A stretch of DNA of 37,278 bases from Eubacteriales bacterium (GTDB taxonomy: Bacteria > Bacillota > Clostridia > Oscillospirales > CAG-272), in assembly GCA_045646755.1 (NCBI GenBank), contig JAZRLJ010000002.1:1-37278 (forward strand), given 5' to 3'. A program made the position numbers and the translations under genes. The notes under the pieces are model-generated. The model was not told the origin of the DNA, searched no databases, and saw only the letters and a list, made by a program, of their open reading frames with translations. This document shows positions 26,718 to 35,159 of this stretch, in pieces (the first letter of the stretch is position 1; every line of letters starts with the position of its first letter).

Positions 26718-29061
26718 ATATTTCCTTTGCTCCTTCATTATCAACGGCAAGGGTGTAAGCAACCCATTCGTTATCGAGAGTTGAAATTGCTTTGTTTAAT
26801 TCTTCGGATATAGGATTTTTGGAATATGCAAGACAGGTAGGACCTGCGCCGCTTACGGTGAATGATATTGCGCCAAGCTTTACTGCCTTATCCTTAACCT
26901 CTGCGATGTTTCTGTAAAGAGGCAGTCTGTAGTTTTCGTGAATTCTGTCATCGGTAACGAGCGGTACGAGATCAAGTCTTCCATGCTCGAAGGCGTAGGG
27001 AAGAAGCGCAATTCTTTGCATGTTGAAAATTGCATCGTCGCGGCTTATGGTCGAAGGCAATACAGCGCGCGCGTCTTTAGTGCTTACTGCAAAGCTGGGA
27101 ACAAGTCCGGTGAAACATATTTTAGGGGAAACTACGTATTTCTGTACTATAGGCTTATTATTAGCCACGATAGAGGTACAGAGACCGCCAAAGAGCGCAG
27201 GGGCAATGTTGTCTGGATGTCCCTCTATTGAGTTGCATATTTCAAACAGCTCCTGAACAGAAAGAAGATTTCCGTTCAGCGCGTTTGCGGCATAAGCGCC
27301 TGCTACGATAAGAGCCGCGGATGAGCCTAGGCCTCGAGCAATCGGAATGTCAGTTTTAAGCATAGTTATCTTAACGTTTGCTTCAACACCGATTTTTTCA
27401 CAGGTTTTTTTGTACGCAACGTACGAAAGGTTGGTTTCGTTGGAGTATTCTTTTTTAAAGCCTACAAATTCCGTGCCACCGTTAAGCTTTTCAAATTCAA
27501 GAACGTCGTATCTCTTGAATGCAATTCCGGTACAGTCAAAGCCGGAGCCGAGGTTTGCACTCGTCGCAGGTACACGAACTTTAACCTTGTTTTTTACTAT
27601 CACTCCTGTGACAAGAGCCTGCATATTTTCTTTTTCTACTACCGTGCTGTGGAGAACAGGCTTATTTCTTATGTTTCTTATTGAAGCCGGGGGAGTAATT
27701 CCGGTTCTCTTTGCGAGAACGTCGATTGCATCGAATTCGTCAGGACATTCCATGCCAAGCGCGTGGAGAACACCGGAGGAAAATTTATATGCAGAAGCAG
27801 TAGAAAGAACGACGGTCTTATATCCGTTCTTGTTCTTCTTCGCAAAGTCCTCGTATACCTTCCAAGCAACGGCGGTGTGAGTGTCCATCAGGTAGCCGTA
27901 TTCGTTATAAACCTTACGGATAGTGTTGTAGGTATCCTCATCATCGGCGTATCCTGCGTCGAAGACTTCTTTTATCTTTTTGAGCTCGCTGTTTTCAAGC
28001 GCGTATCTGCCCTCATTCTTGAGCATTTCCATATATTCGGAGCACTTATTACTTCCGCATACCATATAGAGAAGTCTTTCGAGGTTGCTTGAAATAAGAA
28101 TGTCCATAGAAGGAGATTTTGTGATGTGGAAATCTCTGTTTCTGTTATAGACACCGTTTTCGAAGAAATCTGAGAGAACGTTGTTTTCATTGGACGCGCA
28201 GACAAGCTTACCTACGGGAAGTCCCATTTGCATAGCAAAATATCCGGCAAGAATATCACCGAAGTTGCCTGTAGGAACTACGAAATTAAGCTTATCTCCA
28301 AATTTGATTTCGCCTCTTCTTACAAGGTCGCGGTAGGTCTTAAAATAGTATGCAACCTGGGGAGCAAGTCTACCTATATTTATAGAGTTAGCGCTTGAGA
28401 GCTGAACGCCGGTGGGAAGCTGGAGCTCCGAGAAAATCTTTTTAACGCCGCTTTGAGCGTCATCAAAATTACCCTTTACAGCTACTACTGTGGTATTCTT
28501 ACCGGCACAGGAGACCATCTGACGCTCCTGTACGGCGCTGGTTCCGTTTTTGGGATAGAAAACTATTATCTTTATTCCGGGAATGTCGGAAAAGCCCTCG
28601 AGAGCCGCGCTTCCGGTATCACCGCTTGTAGCTGTCAAAATTACTATATCGTCAGTTGCGCCGGTTGATGCTTTAGCTTCTGTTATAAGGTGGGGGAGAA
28701 GCTGAAGCGCAACGTCCTTGAATGCACAGGTAGGACCGTGATAAAGCTCCATTACGTAAGCGTCGGAAACTTTAACAACGGGCGCGTAATCTTCGTTTTC
28801 AAATTTTCCTTTATACGCCTTGGTAACGGCTGAGATGAATTTGCCGTCATCACCGTCAAACATTGAACCGCCGGCAAAGAGAAGGGAAAGAACCTTTGCG
28901 GATATTTCAACCTCACTCATTTTATCCAGATCAGCCATGGGGAATTTTGCATATTCAAAGCTTTCGGGGACATAAAGACCGCCGTCAGCAGCTATTCCTT
29001 CAAGTACCGCTTCGGCAGGAGTTTTTCTTATTTTTTCATTTCTTGTGCTTATGTAAAACAT
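26710..29061 (-). CDS. thrC: Fused threonine synthase (N-terminal ~490 aa) / homoserine kinase (C-terminal ~290 aa)
   Basis: One uninterrupted 783-codon ORF. The ThrC part has MFYISTRNE...EAVLEGIAADGGLYVPE and the PLP-lysine context GPTCAFKDVALQ. The ThrB part has VRVPATSANLGSGFDCTG, the GHMP motif PIARGLGSSAA, and SGAGPT. Confidence 0.85.
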   Translation of the reverse strand: MFYISTRNEKIRKTPAEAVLEGIAADGGLYVPESFEYAKFPMADLDKMSEVEISAKVLSLLFAGGSMFDGDDGKFISAVTKAYKGKFENEDYAPVVKVSDAYVMELYHGPTCAFKDVALQLLPHLITEAKASTGATDDIVILTATSGDTGSAALEGFSDIPGIKIIVFYPKNGTSAVQERQMVSCAGKNTTVVAVKGNFDDAQSGVKKIFSELQLPTGVQLSSANSINIGRLAPQVAYYFKTYRDLVRRGEIKFGDKLNFVVPTGNFGDILAGYFAMQMGLPVGKLVCASNENNVLSDFFENGVYNRNRDFHITKSPSMDILISSNLERLLYMVCGSNKCSEYMEMLKNEGRYALENSELKKIKEVFDAGYADDEDTYNTIRKVYNEYGYLMDTHTAVAWKVYEDFAKKNKNGYKTVVLSTASAYKFSSGVLHALGMECPDEFDAIDVLAKRTGITPPASIRNIRNKPVLHSTVVEKENMQALVTGVIVKNKVKVRVPATSANLGSGFDCTGIAFKRYDVLEFEKLNGGTEFVGFKKEYSNETNLSYVAYKKTCEKIGVEANVKITMLKTDIPIARGLGSSAALIVAGAYAANALNGNLLSVQELFEICNSIEGHPDNIAPALFGGLCTSIVANNKPIVQKYVVSPKICFTGLVPSFAVSTKDARAVLPSTISRDDAIFNMQRIALLPYAFEHGRLDLVPLVTDDRIHENYRLPLYRNIAEVKDKAVKLGAISFTVSGAGPTCLAYSKNPISEELNKAISTLDNEWVAYTLAVDNEGAKEIYD

Positions 29062-29076
29062 TTTTTATTCCACCTC

Positions 29077-29105
29077 TTGACATTTTGCAATTTATATGAT
29101 ACACT
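29077..29105 (+). promoter_or_regulatory. Candidate sigma-A promoter for hom, aspartate kinase and asd
   Basis: TTGACA (29077..29082), a 17-nt spacer ending in TGa, then TACACT (29100..29105). This would give a ~135-nt AT-rich leader before hom. Confidence 0.4.
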
Positions 29106-29124
29106 ATTTTTCGTTGAAATACAA
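29096..29124 (-). promoter_or_regulatory. Candidate sigma-A promoter for thrC-thrB and the ACT gene
   Basis: The minus strand reads TTGTAT (29124..29119), a 17-nt spacer, then TATCAT (29101..29096). This -10 overlaps the -10 of the plus-strand candidate. Confidence 0.3.
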
Positions 29125-29245
29125 GTGTTTTCGAAACAAAGACAAAAAATACATTATTTTTCACAGTAAAAGCTTGTGATTTAGGTGTGTTTTTGTGCAT
29201 TGTGACAAATAATAACACGCGATAAATAAAAGGAAGGCAAAAAAT

Positions 29246-30391
29246 ATGAAAATTGCTATTCTTGGTTTCGGTGTAGTAGGCAGCGGAACTTATGAAGTTC
29301 TTGAAAAAGCAGGCTACAAAGTCGGTAAAGTTCTTGATATAAGAAAGCACGAAGAACTTGGCGACGTTTCTACTACAAACTACGATGATATCCTAAATGA
29401 CAAGGAAATCGGTGTCGTGGCTGAAGCAATCGGCGGACTTGAACCTGCGCATACCTTTTTGGTAAAAGCTCTTAAGTCAGGTAAGCATGTTGTCAGCTCG
29501 AATAAGCACCTTATATGCACGTACTATGAGGAATTTCTTTCCCTTGCAAAAGAGAACGGAGTAACCGTCAGATTTACTGCAAGTGCCGGTGGTGGAATTC
29601 CTTGGCTCTATAATTTGAGAAGAGCAACGCGCTGCGATGAAATCGAGAGTGTGTTCGGGATAATGAACGGTACTACGAATTTTATTCTTGATGCAATGAT
29701 TTCTGATCGCAGAGATTTTGCAGACGTTCTTCTTGAGGCTCAGCGTCTCGGTTACGCAGAGGCAAATCCTTCTGCTGACATTGACGGTCTTGACACTGCA
29801 AGAAAGACTGCGATTTCTTCAAGTATCGCATTTGATACTCAGGTTGACGAGAAGGACGTTATGATCTTTTCTCTTCGAAATATCAAAAAAACGGATATTG
29901 AATATATTGAAAAGAAGCTTAATTCTACAGTTCGTTATATAGGTACGGGCCTTCTCACGGACGGTGTGGTATCTGCATTCGTTGAGACTACCATTATAGA
30001 GAAAGAAAGCGTGCTTTCTAACGTTAAGAAAAACAACAATATGATTTCTCTTGTTGGCAAGAACGTCGGTATGCTTTCGTTCTTCGGTCAGGGAGCAGGT
30101 AAATATCCCACAGGTATATCGGTAGCGCAGGACGTTATAGACGTTGTTAACGGAGATACTGATCTTCTTTCTCCCGGTGCAAAGCTTGCGGTTGACAATT
30201 CTCTTGAGTCTCACGCTTATTACGTAAGAACAAAAGCTGATATTTCTAAAGAATATATCGATAGCATAGATGCTGTTGATAATGAAAAATATATTGTCAC
30301 AAAGCCTATAAGCGTTTCTCTTGCTCATAAGCTTGCTGACGAAATTTCAAGTAAGGATGGTGAATTTTTCATTGCAGGAATTAAGAGGTAA
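29246..30391 (+). CDS. hom: Homoserine dehydrogenase
   Basis: MKIAILGFGVVGSG (NAD fold), MNGTTNFILDAM and AEANPSADIDGLDTARK are the homoserine dehydrogenase catalytic-domain motifs. 381 aa. Confidence 0.9.
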   Translation: MKIAILGFGVVGSGTYEVLEKAGYKVGKVLDIRKHEELGDVSTTNYDDILNDKEIGVVAEAIGGLEPAHTFLVKALKSGKHVVSSNKHLICTYYEEFLSLAKENGVTVRFTASAGGGIPWLYNLRRATRCDEIESVFGIMNGTTNFILDAMISDRRDFADVLLEAQRLGYAEANPSADIDGLDTARKTAISSSIAFDTQVDEKDVMIFSLRNIKKTDIEYIEKKLNSTVRYIGTGLLTDGVVSAFVETTIIEKESVLSNVKKNNNMISLVGKNVGMLSFFGQGAGKYPTGISVAQDVIDVVNGDTDLLSPGAKLAVDNSLESHAYYVRTKADISKEYIDSIDAVDNEKYIVTKPISVSLAHKLADEISSKDGEFFIAGIKR

Positions 30392-31709
30392 AATATTAAA
30401 GGTTGCTAAATTCGGAGGTTCTTCCGTAGCAACGGGCGAATGTTTTGAAATGGTTAAAAACATTCTTGATGCAGATCCTTCCAGAGCAGTTGTCATAGTA
30501 TCTGCTCCCGGTAAGAGATTTAGCTCTGATATAAAGGTTACTGACCTTTTATATCTTCTCCGCGCACACATTAAGTACAACGCTCCCTACGACGAGCTTA
30601 TCGATAAGATAAGAACTAGATATCAGGAGATTTGTGACTACTGCAAAATCGAAAACGTAATCAGCGAGGATTTTGAAAAGTTTGCGGCTAGTCTTAACAA
30701 AAAGACGAGTGTAGACTACATCGCTTCCAGAGGTGAGTATTTCTGCGCAAGACTTATGGCAGAATATCTCGGATATACCTTTGTTGACAGTGCAGATTGG
30801 CTTGTTTTTGATTACAGTGGCAAGGCTAATCTTGAAAAGTCGTATGAGAAGCTTGCAAAGATTGGTGAAACTCATCATAGAATGGTTCTTCCCGGATTTT
30901 ACGGAGCAATGCCTGACGGCAATATAAAGACTTTCTCCAGAGGTGGTTCTGATATTACCGGTGCTATTGCTGCTGCAGCGCTTAACGCTACCGCTTACGA
31001 GAACTGGACTGACGTTTCGGGTATCCTTGCGGCAGACCCCAGAATCGTTGATAATCCCAGACCTATTGACAGAGTTACCTTCTCGGAACTTCGCGAACTT
31101 TCCTACATGGGCGCTGACGTTCTTCACGAGGAGACTGTATTTCCCGTAAGAAACAAGAGCATTCCTCTCTATATCAAAAATACTAAGGACATTGAAGCTC
31201 CCGGTACTCTTATTATGGAAAGCTTCGACGAGGATAGAGCAGAGCTTGCCAAGACCTGTCCCATAACCGGTATTTCAGGTAAAAAGGGCTATACCGTAAT
31301 CACTGTTGCAAAGAGCAGAATGAACGAAGAACCCGGTTGCATCGCAAGAGCTCTTCAGATATTTGCAGATCTTAACATAAACATCGAACACGTACCCTCC
31401 AGTATCGATACGTTTTCTATAATAGTAGCGGGTGATGACGTTAAGAATAATATTCACGGCATTATAGCTCAGATAAACGAAAAGATTGAGCCTGATACCG
31501 TAAAGATTACTAATGACATAAGCCTTATCGCCGTCGTCGGAAGAAATCTTACCGAGAACATTGGTATTGCAGGTAAAATCTTTACCGCACTTGGTTCAAA
31601 CGGTATCAATATCAGACTTATAGAGCAGGGCGCTGACGAGGTTAATATCATAATCGGCGTTGAGGATAAGGACTTTACAAAGGCAATAAAGGTCCTTCAC
31701 GATTTTTAA
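30372..31709 (+). CDS. Aspartate kinase (start codon uncertain)
   Basis: VAKFGGSSV, VSAPGKRF, SRGGSDITGA, and two C-terminal ACT-like repeats. The only canonical in-frame starts (ATG 30357, GTG 30360, TTG 30372) all lie inside the 3' end of hom. I list TTG 30372 (GGTGA 8 nt upstream), but the 5' end is provisional. Confidence 0.82.
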   Translation: MQELRGKILKVAKFGGSSVATGECFEMVKNILDADPSRAVVIVSAPGKRFSSDIKVTDLLYLLRAHIKYNAPYDELIDKIRTRYQEICDYCKIENVISEDFEKFAASLNKKTSVDYIASRGEYFCARLMAEYLGYTFVDSADWLVFDYSGKANLEKSYEKLAKIGETHHRMVLPGFYGAMPDGNIKTFSRGGSDITGAIAAAALNATAYENWTDVSGILAADPRIVDNPRPIDRVTFSELRELSYMGADVLHEETVFPVRNKSIPLYIKNTKDIEAPGTLIMESFDEDRAELAKTCPITGISGKKGYTVITVAKSRMNEEPGCIARALQIFADLNINIEHVPSSIDTFSIIVAGDDVKNNIHGIIAQINEKIEPDTVKITNDISLIAVVGRNLTENIGIAGKIFTALGSNGINIRLIEQGADEVNIIIGVEDKDFTKAIKVLHDF

Positions 31710-31728
31710 TAAAGGTTGGTAAAAAGAA

Positions 31729-32736
31729 ATGAAACTTTACAATATAGGTATTCTCGGAGCTAGCGGAGCTGTTGGCAGAGAGATGATAAAGGTTCTCGAG
31801 GAAAGAAATTTTCCTGTAGGAAAACTCAGACTTTTCGCAAGTGAGAGAAGCGTAGGTAAGAAGATATCCTTTAAGGGTGAGGAAATTGCAATCGAGCTTG
31901 CGGATTTTGGCGCATTCAAGGGTTGTGATATCGTTCTTGGTGCAGCTACTAACGCTGTTGCAAAGCAGTTTGCAGAGGATATAGTTAACTCGGGAGCTAC
32001 ATTTGTAGATAACTCGAGCGCATTCCGTATGGATCCCGATATTCCTCTTGTTGTTCCGGAAATTAACGCTGATGATGCAAGAAACAACAAGAAAGGTATC
32101 ATAGCAAACCCCAATTGCTCAACGATTATAACTCTCGTTGCTATTAACGCTATCAATCAGCTCTCCAAGATAAAGGCTGTTGTAGCTTCTACTTATCAGG
32201 CTACAAGCGGTGCAGGTGCTGCAGGTCCTGTCGAGCTTCGTGAGCAGACTGAGGCTCTTATAAACGGCGGAGAGATAACCTCAAACGTATTCCAGTATCA
32301 GATTGCGGAAAACCTTATTCCTCAGATCGGCTCTTTCCTTGATAACGGTTACACCACCGAGGAAATGAAGATGCAGAATGAGGGAAGAAAGATTATGCAC
32401 AATCCCGACCTCAAGGTTACTTGCACTTGTGTACGTGTTCCCGTTGTTCGCTCTCACTCTATATCTGCTACCGTTGTTACCGAAAGAAAGCTTAGCGTAG
32501 CAGAGGTAAAGGCAGCGATTGCTAATTGCCCCGGCTGTAAGCTTTACGACGATGCAGAAAATAAGATTTATCCTATGCCTCTCGTAACGTCTGACCAGGA
32601 TCTTGTATTCGTAGGAAGAATTCGCGAGGATATCGTAAATGAAAACGGAATTACTCTCTGGTGCTGCGGAGACCAGGTAAGAAAGGGCGCTGCTACTAAC
32701 GCAATTCAGATTGCAGAGGCTCTTATAGAGAAATAA
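31729..32736 (+). CDS. asd: Aspartate-semialdehyde dehydrogenase
   Basis: ILGASGAVGREM, active-site IANPNCSTI, RVPVVRSHSIS. 335 aa. Confidence 0.95.
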   Translation: MKLYNIGILGASGAVGREMIKVLEERNFPVGKLRLFASERSVGKKISFKGEEIAIELADFGAFKGCDIVLGAATNAVAKQFAEDIVNSGATFVDNSSAFRMDPDIPLVVPEINADDARNNKKGIIANPNCSTIITLVAINAINQLSKIKAVVASTYQATSGAGAAGPVELREQTEALINGGEITSNVFQYQIAENLIPQIGSFLDNGYTTEEMKMQNEGRKIMHNPDLKVTCTCVRVPVVRSHSISATVVTERKLSVAEVKAAIANCPGCKLYDDAENKIYPMPLVTSDQDLVFVGRIREDIVNENGITLWCCGDQVRKGAATNAIQIAEALIEK

Positions 32737-32749
32737 AATGCAAATTAAA

Positions 32750-32785
32750 AGAACTCGGCTCTTTTGAACCGAGTTCTTTCTCTAT
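32750..32785. terminator. Probable bidirectional terminator between convergent asd and the MFS transporter gene
   Basis: 9-bp stem AGAACTCGG (32750..32758) / CCGAGTTCT (32769..32777). The T-tract is better on the minus-strand side (TTTTAATTT) than on the plus side (TTCTCTATT). Confidence 0.55.
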
Positions 32786-32794
32786 TATATTTGA

Positions 32795-34237
32795 TTAGTC
32801 ATCGTTAGCAAAATTATCTGCGATAAGCTCCTTTGCACTCTTGCCGTCAAGGTCTTGAGCGTTTCCGTGTTTAACGAAGAGCATTGTAACAAATGATAGA
32901 AGTACAAAGATAGTAGCATAAGGGAAGAGTACTCTCATATTTATAACGTCCATAAGGAAACCGGAGAGTATAGGAGTTATAACCTGCGCGGACATTGATG
33001 CGGTATAGTAAAAACCGGTGTATTTTCCTATATTGCTACCCTTTGCAAGCTCAACAACCATCGGGAAGGAGTTTACGTTTATTGTTGCCCATGCAATTCC
33101 TGCAAGAGCAAACAGAAGGTACATAACTACAGGTGAGGTTGAAGAGGTAATGAATATTGCGCCTCCAAAAGCTGCAGCCAGCATAAGAACACCTGCGAGA
33201 ATTGTTTTCTTTCTTCCAAATTTAGAAGCGAGTATTCCCACGGGAATGTAGGCTACTACCGCAGCGGCCTGAGCAATTATCAAAGTTATATTGAAGTTCT
33301 GTTCGAGTATATTAGTTGCATACAGCGAGTATTTGGTAGTTACCGCGTTATAACCTGCAAACCAAAGCGCTACAGATACAAGTATAAGGAGGAGAGAATT
33401 AAGTTTGTCTTTCGGCAGCTTTTCTTCCTCTTCTGCAACGATTTCTTCTTTGGGAGCATTTGCATCAAGGATAGCTTGCTCGGCAAGCATTTCTTCGTTC
33501 CACTTTTTCTCTTTTACAGTAAATATAAATATCGCAAGACCAACCGCCATAAGCGCGCATACTGCTATGATATAACCCGTATATTTCATATACGCGTTTT
33601 CAGCGCCGGAGGTATTGAATACCATACCAAGCACGAGAACGAAAATACCGCCTGCAGTACCCATAAGGTTTATAATAGCGTTAGCTTTGCTTCTGAGGGG
33701 CTTTACGGTTACGTCAGGCATCAATGCTACCGCAGGAGATCGGAACGTTGCCATAGATACCAAAACCACTAAAAGAGCGAGTATAAACAGTATAAGGGGA
33801 GCGGGATTATCAAGAGTTATATCGAGAGTTTTCTTGGCAACAGCTTTAAGCATCTCACTTTTTTGGTTGACGTCTTCTACTCCTACGGGATACATAGCTT
33901 TTATTTCGTCGCTTATCTTAGCCAATTGCAAATTATCAATCAAGGTAAGAACTACGAAGGAAACTATGGCGCATATTGTTCCTATAAAAATAAACGGAGT
34001 GCGTTTTCCGTATTTAGTGTTTGTCTTATCGGACAGAGCACCGAACAAAGGAAGCATAAACAGCGCAAAGACGTTATCAAGGGCCATGATAAATCCTGAC
34101 GCTGTCTGGGGAAGACCAAATCTGTTTGTAAGCATAAGCGGTACTATTGCATCGTATGCTTGCCAGAAAGCAGTAATGAAAAAGAACGCAAAGCCTACTA
34201 AAATTACGCGCTTTGTATTTAACTTTTGAGTCTGCAT
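32795..34237 (-). CDS. MFS transporter, GPH/SLC45-like (substrate unknown)
   Basis: About 12 predicted TM segments. The N-terminal motif GALSDKTNTKYGKRTPFIFIG resembles the GPH-family D-x-x-x-x-x-G-(R/K)-R-x-P-F loop. 480 aa. AAGGAG SD upstream. Confidence 0.8.
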   Translation of the reverse strand: MQTQKLNTKRVILVGFAFFFITAFWQAYDAIVPLMLTNRFGLPQTASGFIMALDNVFALFMLPLFGALSDKTNTKYGKRTPFIFIGTICAIVSFVVLTLIDNLQLAKISDEIKAMYPVGVEDVNQKSEMLKAVAKKTLDITLDNPAPLILFILALLVVLVSMATFRSPAVALMPDVTVKPLRSKANAIINLMGTAGGIFVLVLGMVFNTSGAENAYMKYTGYIIAVCALMAVGLAIFIFTVKEKKWNEEMLAEQAILDANAPKEEIVAEEEEKLPKDKLNSLLLILVSVALWFAGYNAVTTKYSLYATNILEQNFNITLIIAQAAAVVAYIPVGILASKFGRKKTILAGVLMLAAAFGGAIFITSSTSPVVMYLLFALAGIAWATINVNSFPMVVELAKGSNIGKYTGFYYTASMSAQVITPILSGFLMDVINMRVLFPYATIFVLLSFVTMLFVKHGNAQDLDGKSAKELIADNFANDD

Positions 34238-34267
34238 AAAAAATCTCCTTAAACGTTGTATAGATTA

Positions 34268-34296
34268 ATATTACCATATCTAAATAAAAAAGTAAA
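34268..34296 (-). promoter_or_regulatory. Candidate promoter of the MFS transporter gene
   Basis: The minus strand reads TTTACT (34296..34291), a 17-nt spacer ending in TGg, then TAATAT (34273..34268), about 30 nt before the ATG. Confidence 0.4.
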
Positions 34297-34375
34297 CACT
34301 TTTGTAAAAAGTTGATGAATTTTTATTTCATTTAAAACTTTTTTCAAAAAAAGTCATAAAAAACTAAAAAAAGGC

Positions 34376-34404
34376 TTGACAAAATAAGATTTGTGTGATA
34401 TTAT
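34376..34404 (+). promoter_or_regulatory. Sigma-A promoter of the tRNA-Gly/tRNA-Arg unit
   Basis: TTGACA (34376..34381), a 17-nt spacer ending in TGa, then TATTAT (34399..34404). An A-rich UP-like tract lies upstream. The architecture is nearly identical to the infC promoter. Confidence 0.6.
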
Positions 34405-34425
34405 ATAAAAGCTGTCAAGCGAAAT

Positions 34426-34499
<74 letters not shown>

Positions 34500-34503
34500 A
34501 TAT

Positions 34504-34579
34504 GCGCCCATAGCTCAGTGGATAGAGTGCCCGGCTACGAACCGGTAGGTCGAAGGTTCGAATCCTCCTGGGCGCGCCA
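34504..34579 (+). tRNA. tRNA-Arg (anticodon ACG), CCA encoded
   Basis: Acceptor GCGCCCA/TGGGCGC, D-arm GCTC-AGTGGATA-GAGT, anticodon arm CCCGG-CTACGAA-CCGGT, T-arm GAAGG-TTCGAAT-CCTCC (one A-C mismatch), 3' GCCA. Confidence 0.88.
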
Positions 34580-34584
34580 CAGAG

Positions 34585-34624
34585 AATACCGCGTTTGTCT
34601 TTTCGACAAATGCGGTATTTTTTA
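34585..34624 (+). terminator. Intrinsic terminator after the tRNA pair
   Basis: 15-bp stem AATACCGCGTTTGTC / GACAAATGCGGTATT (one G-U pair) with loop TTTTC, followed by TTTTT. Confidence 0.8.
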
Positions 34625-34640
34625 AATTAAAGAAAGGAAA

Positions 34641-35159
34641 ATGAAAATGCGTTTCACTTTGCTTCCGGATTATTATTTTGAAACATTTGATAAGGCTGAT
34701 GCTGAATTTTTAACCTCAATAGGCGTCAAAGCGATACTTCTTGACGTAGATAATACGCTGGAGCCTTATGAAAATCCTTTGCCGACGGAAAAGGTGCTTC
34801 TGTGGTTTGAATCACTTAAGGCTGCAGGAATAAAGGCAGCTATTGTCTCAAATAACGGTAAGGAAAGAATAGAGCTATTTAATAAGGACCTCGGTCTTAT
34901 TGCTTTCTATAAGGCAAAAAAGCCCTTTAAAAAGAGGCTTAAGATGGCAATGGAGCGTCTTAACGTAGCTCCCGAAGAGACGATTTTTATGGGAGACCAG
35001 ATATTTACGGACGTCTTAGCTGCAAGAAACGCGAAAATAAGAGCTATTCTTGTTCCTCCAATAAAAGACAAGACTGATATTTTTACAAAATTTAAACGTT
35101 TGCTTGAAAAACCAATTATGAGAAAATACAGAAAAAAGCACAAGGGAGAAGAGAAATGA
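34641..35159 (+). CDS. YqeG-family HAD-IIIA phosphatase
   Basis: ILLDVDNTLEPY (DxDxT), IVSNN and GDQIFTDVLAA are HAD motifs I-III in the YqeG arrangement. The second ATG at 34647 has better SD spacing and may be the true start. Confidence 0.8.
   Translation: MKMRFTLLPDYYFETFDKADAEFLTSIGVKAILLDVDNTLEPYENPLPTEKVLLWFESLKAAGIKAAIVSNNGKERIELFNKDLGLIAFYKAKKPFKKRLKMAMERLNVAPEETIFMGDQIFTDVLAARNAKIRAILVPPIKDKTDIFTKFKRLLEKPIMRKYRKKHKGEEK

Noticed and set aside
27102-27117. parS-like half site (…GGTGAAACA), another TGTTTCAC half at ~7996, and a DnaA-box-like TGTGGATAT at ~8704
   Set aside because: Only half of the 16-bp parS palindrome TGTTNCACGTGAAACA is present in each case, and the DnaA-like 9-mer is single and imperfect. 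This is consistent with chance inside coding sequence.
27347-27880. 177-aa plus-strand ORF antisense to the thrC-thrB fusion. Similar cases are 29819..30328 (-) in hom, 30549..31127 (-) in aspartate kinase, 31737..32156 (-) in asd, 33615..34229 (+) in the MFS gene, 21750..22220 (-) in yqeK and 7801..8271 (-) in the TrmH gene
   Set aside because: All are embedded antisense to genes with clear family motifs. None has an SD or any recognisable domain, so I treat them as frame shadows.
29133-29146. CodY-box-like palindrome TGTTTTCGAAACA in the hom/thrC control region, and AATTTCAGAAAGG at ~9966
   Set aside because: Each is one base short or otherwise diverges from the 15-bp AATTTTCWGAAAATT consensus at several positions. 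I cannot distinguish this from chance in AT-rich DNA without a scored matrix search. It is mentioned only as context in the promoter finding.
34504-34579. Possible pseudo-tRNA: an A-C mismatch in the T-stem of tRNA-Arg(ACG)
   Set aside because: All other stems, the invariant T-loop (TTCGAAT), the D-loop GG and the encoded CCA are canonical. A single T-stem mismatch is within normal variation. tRNAscan-SE or ARAGORN would settle it.
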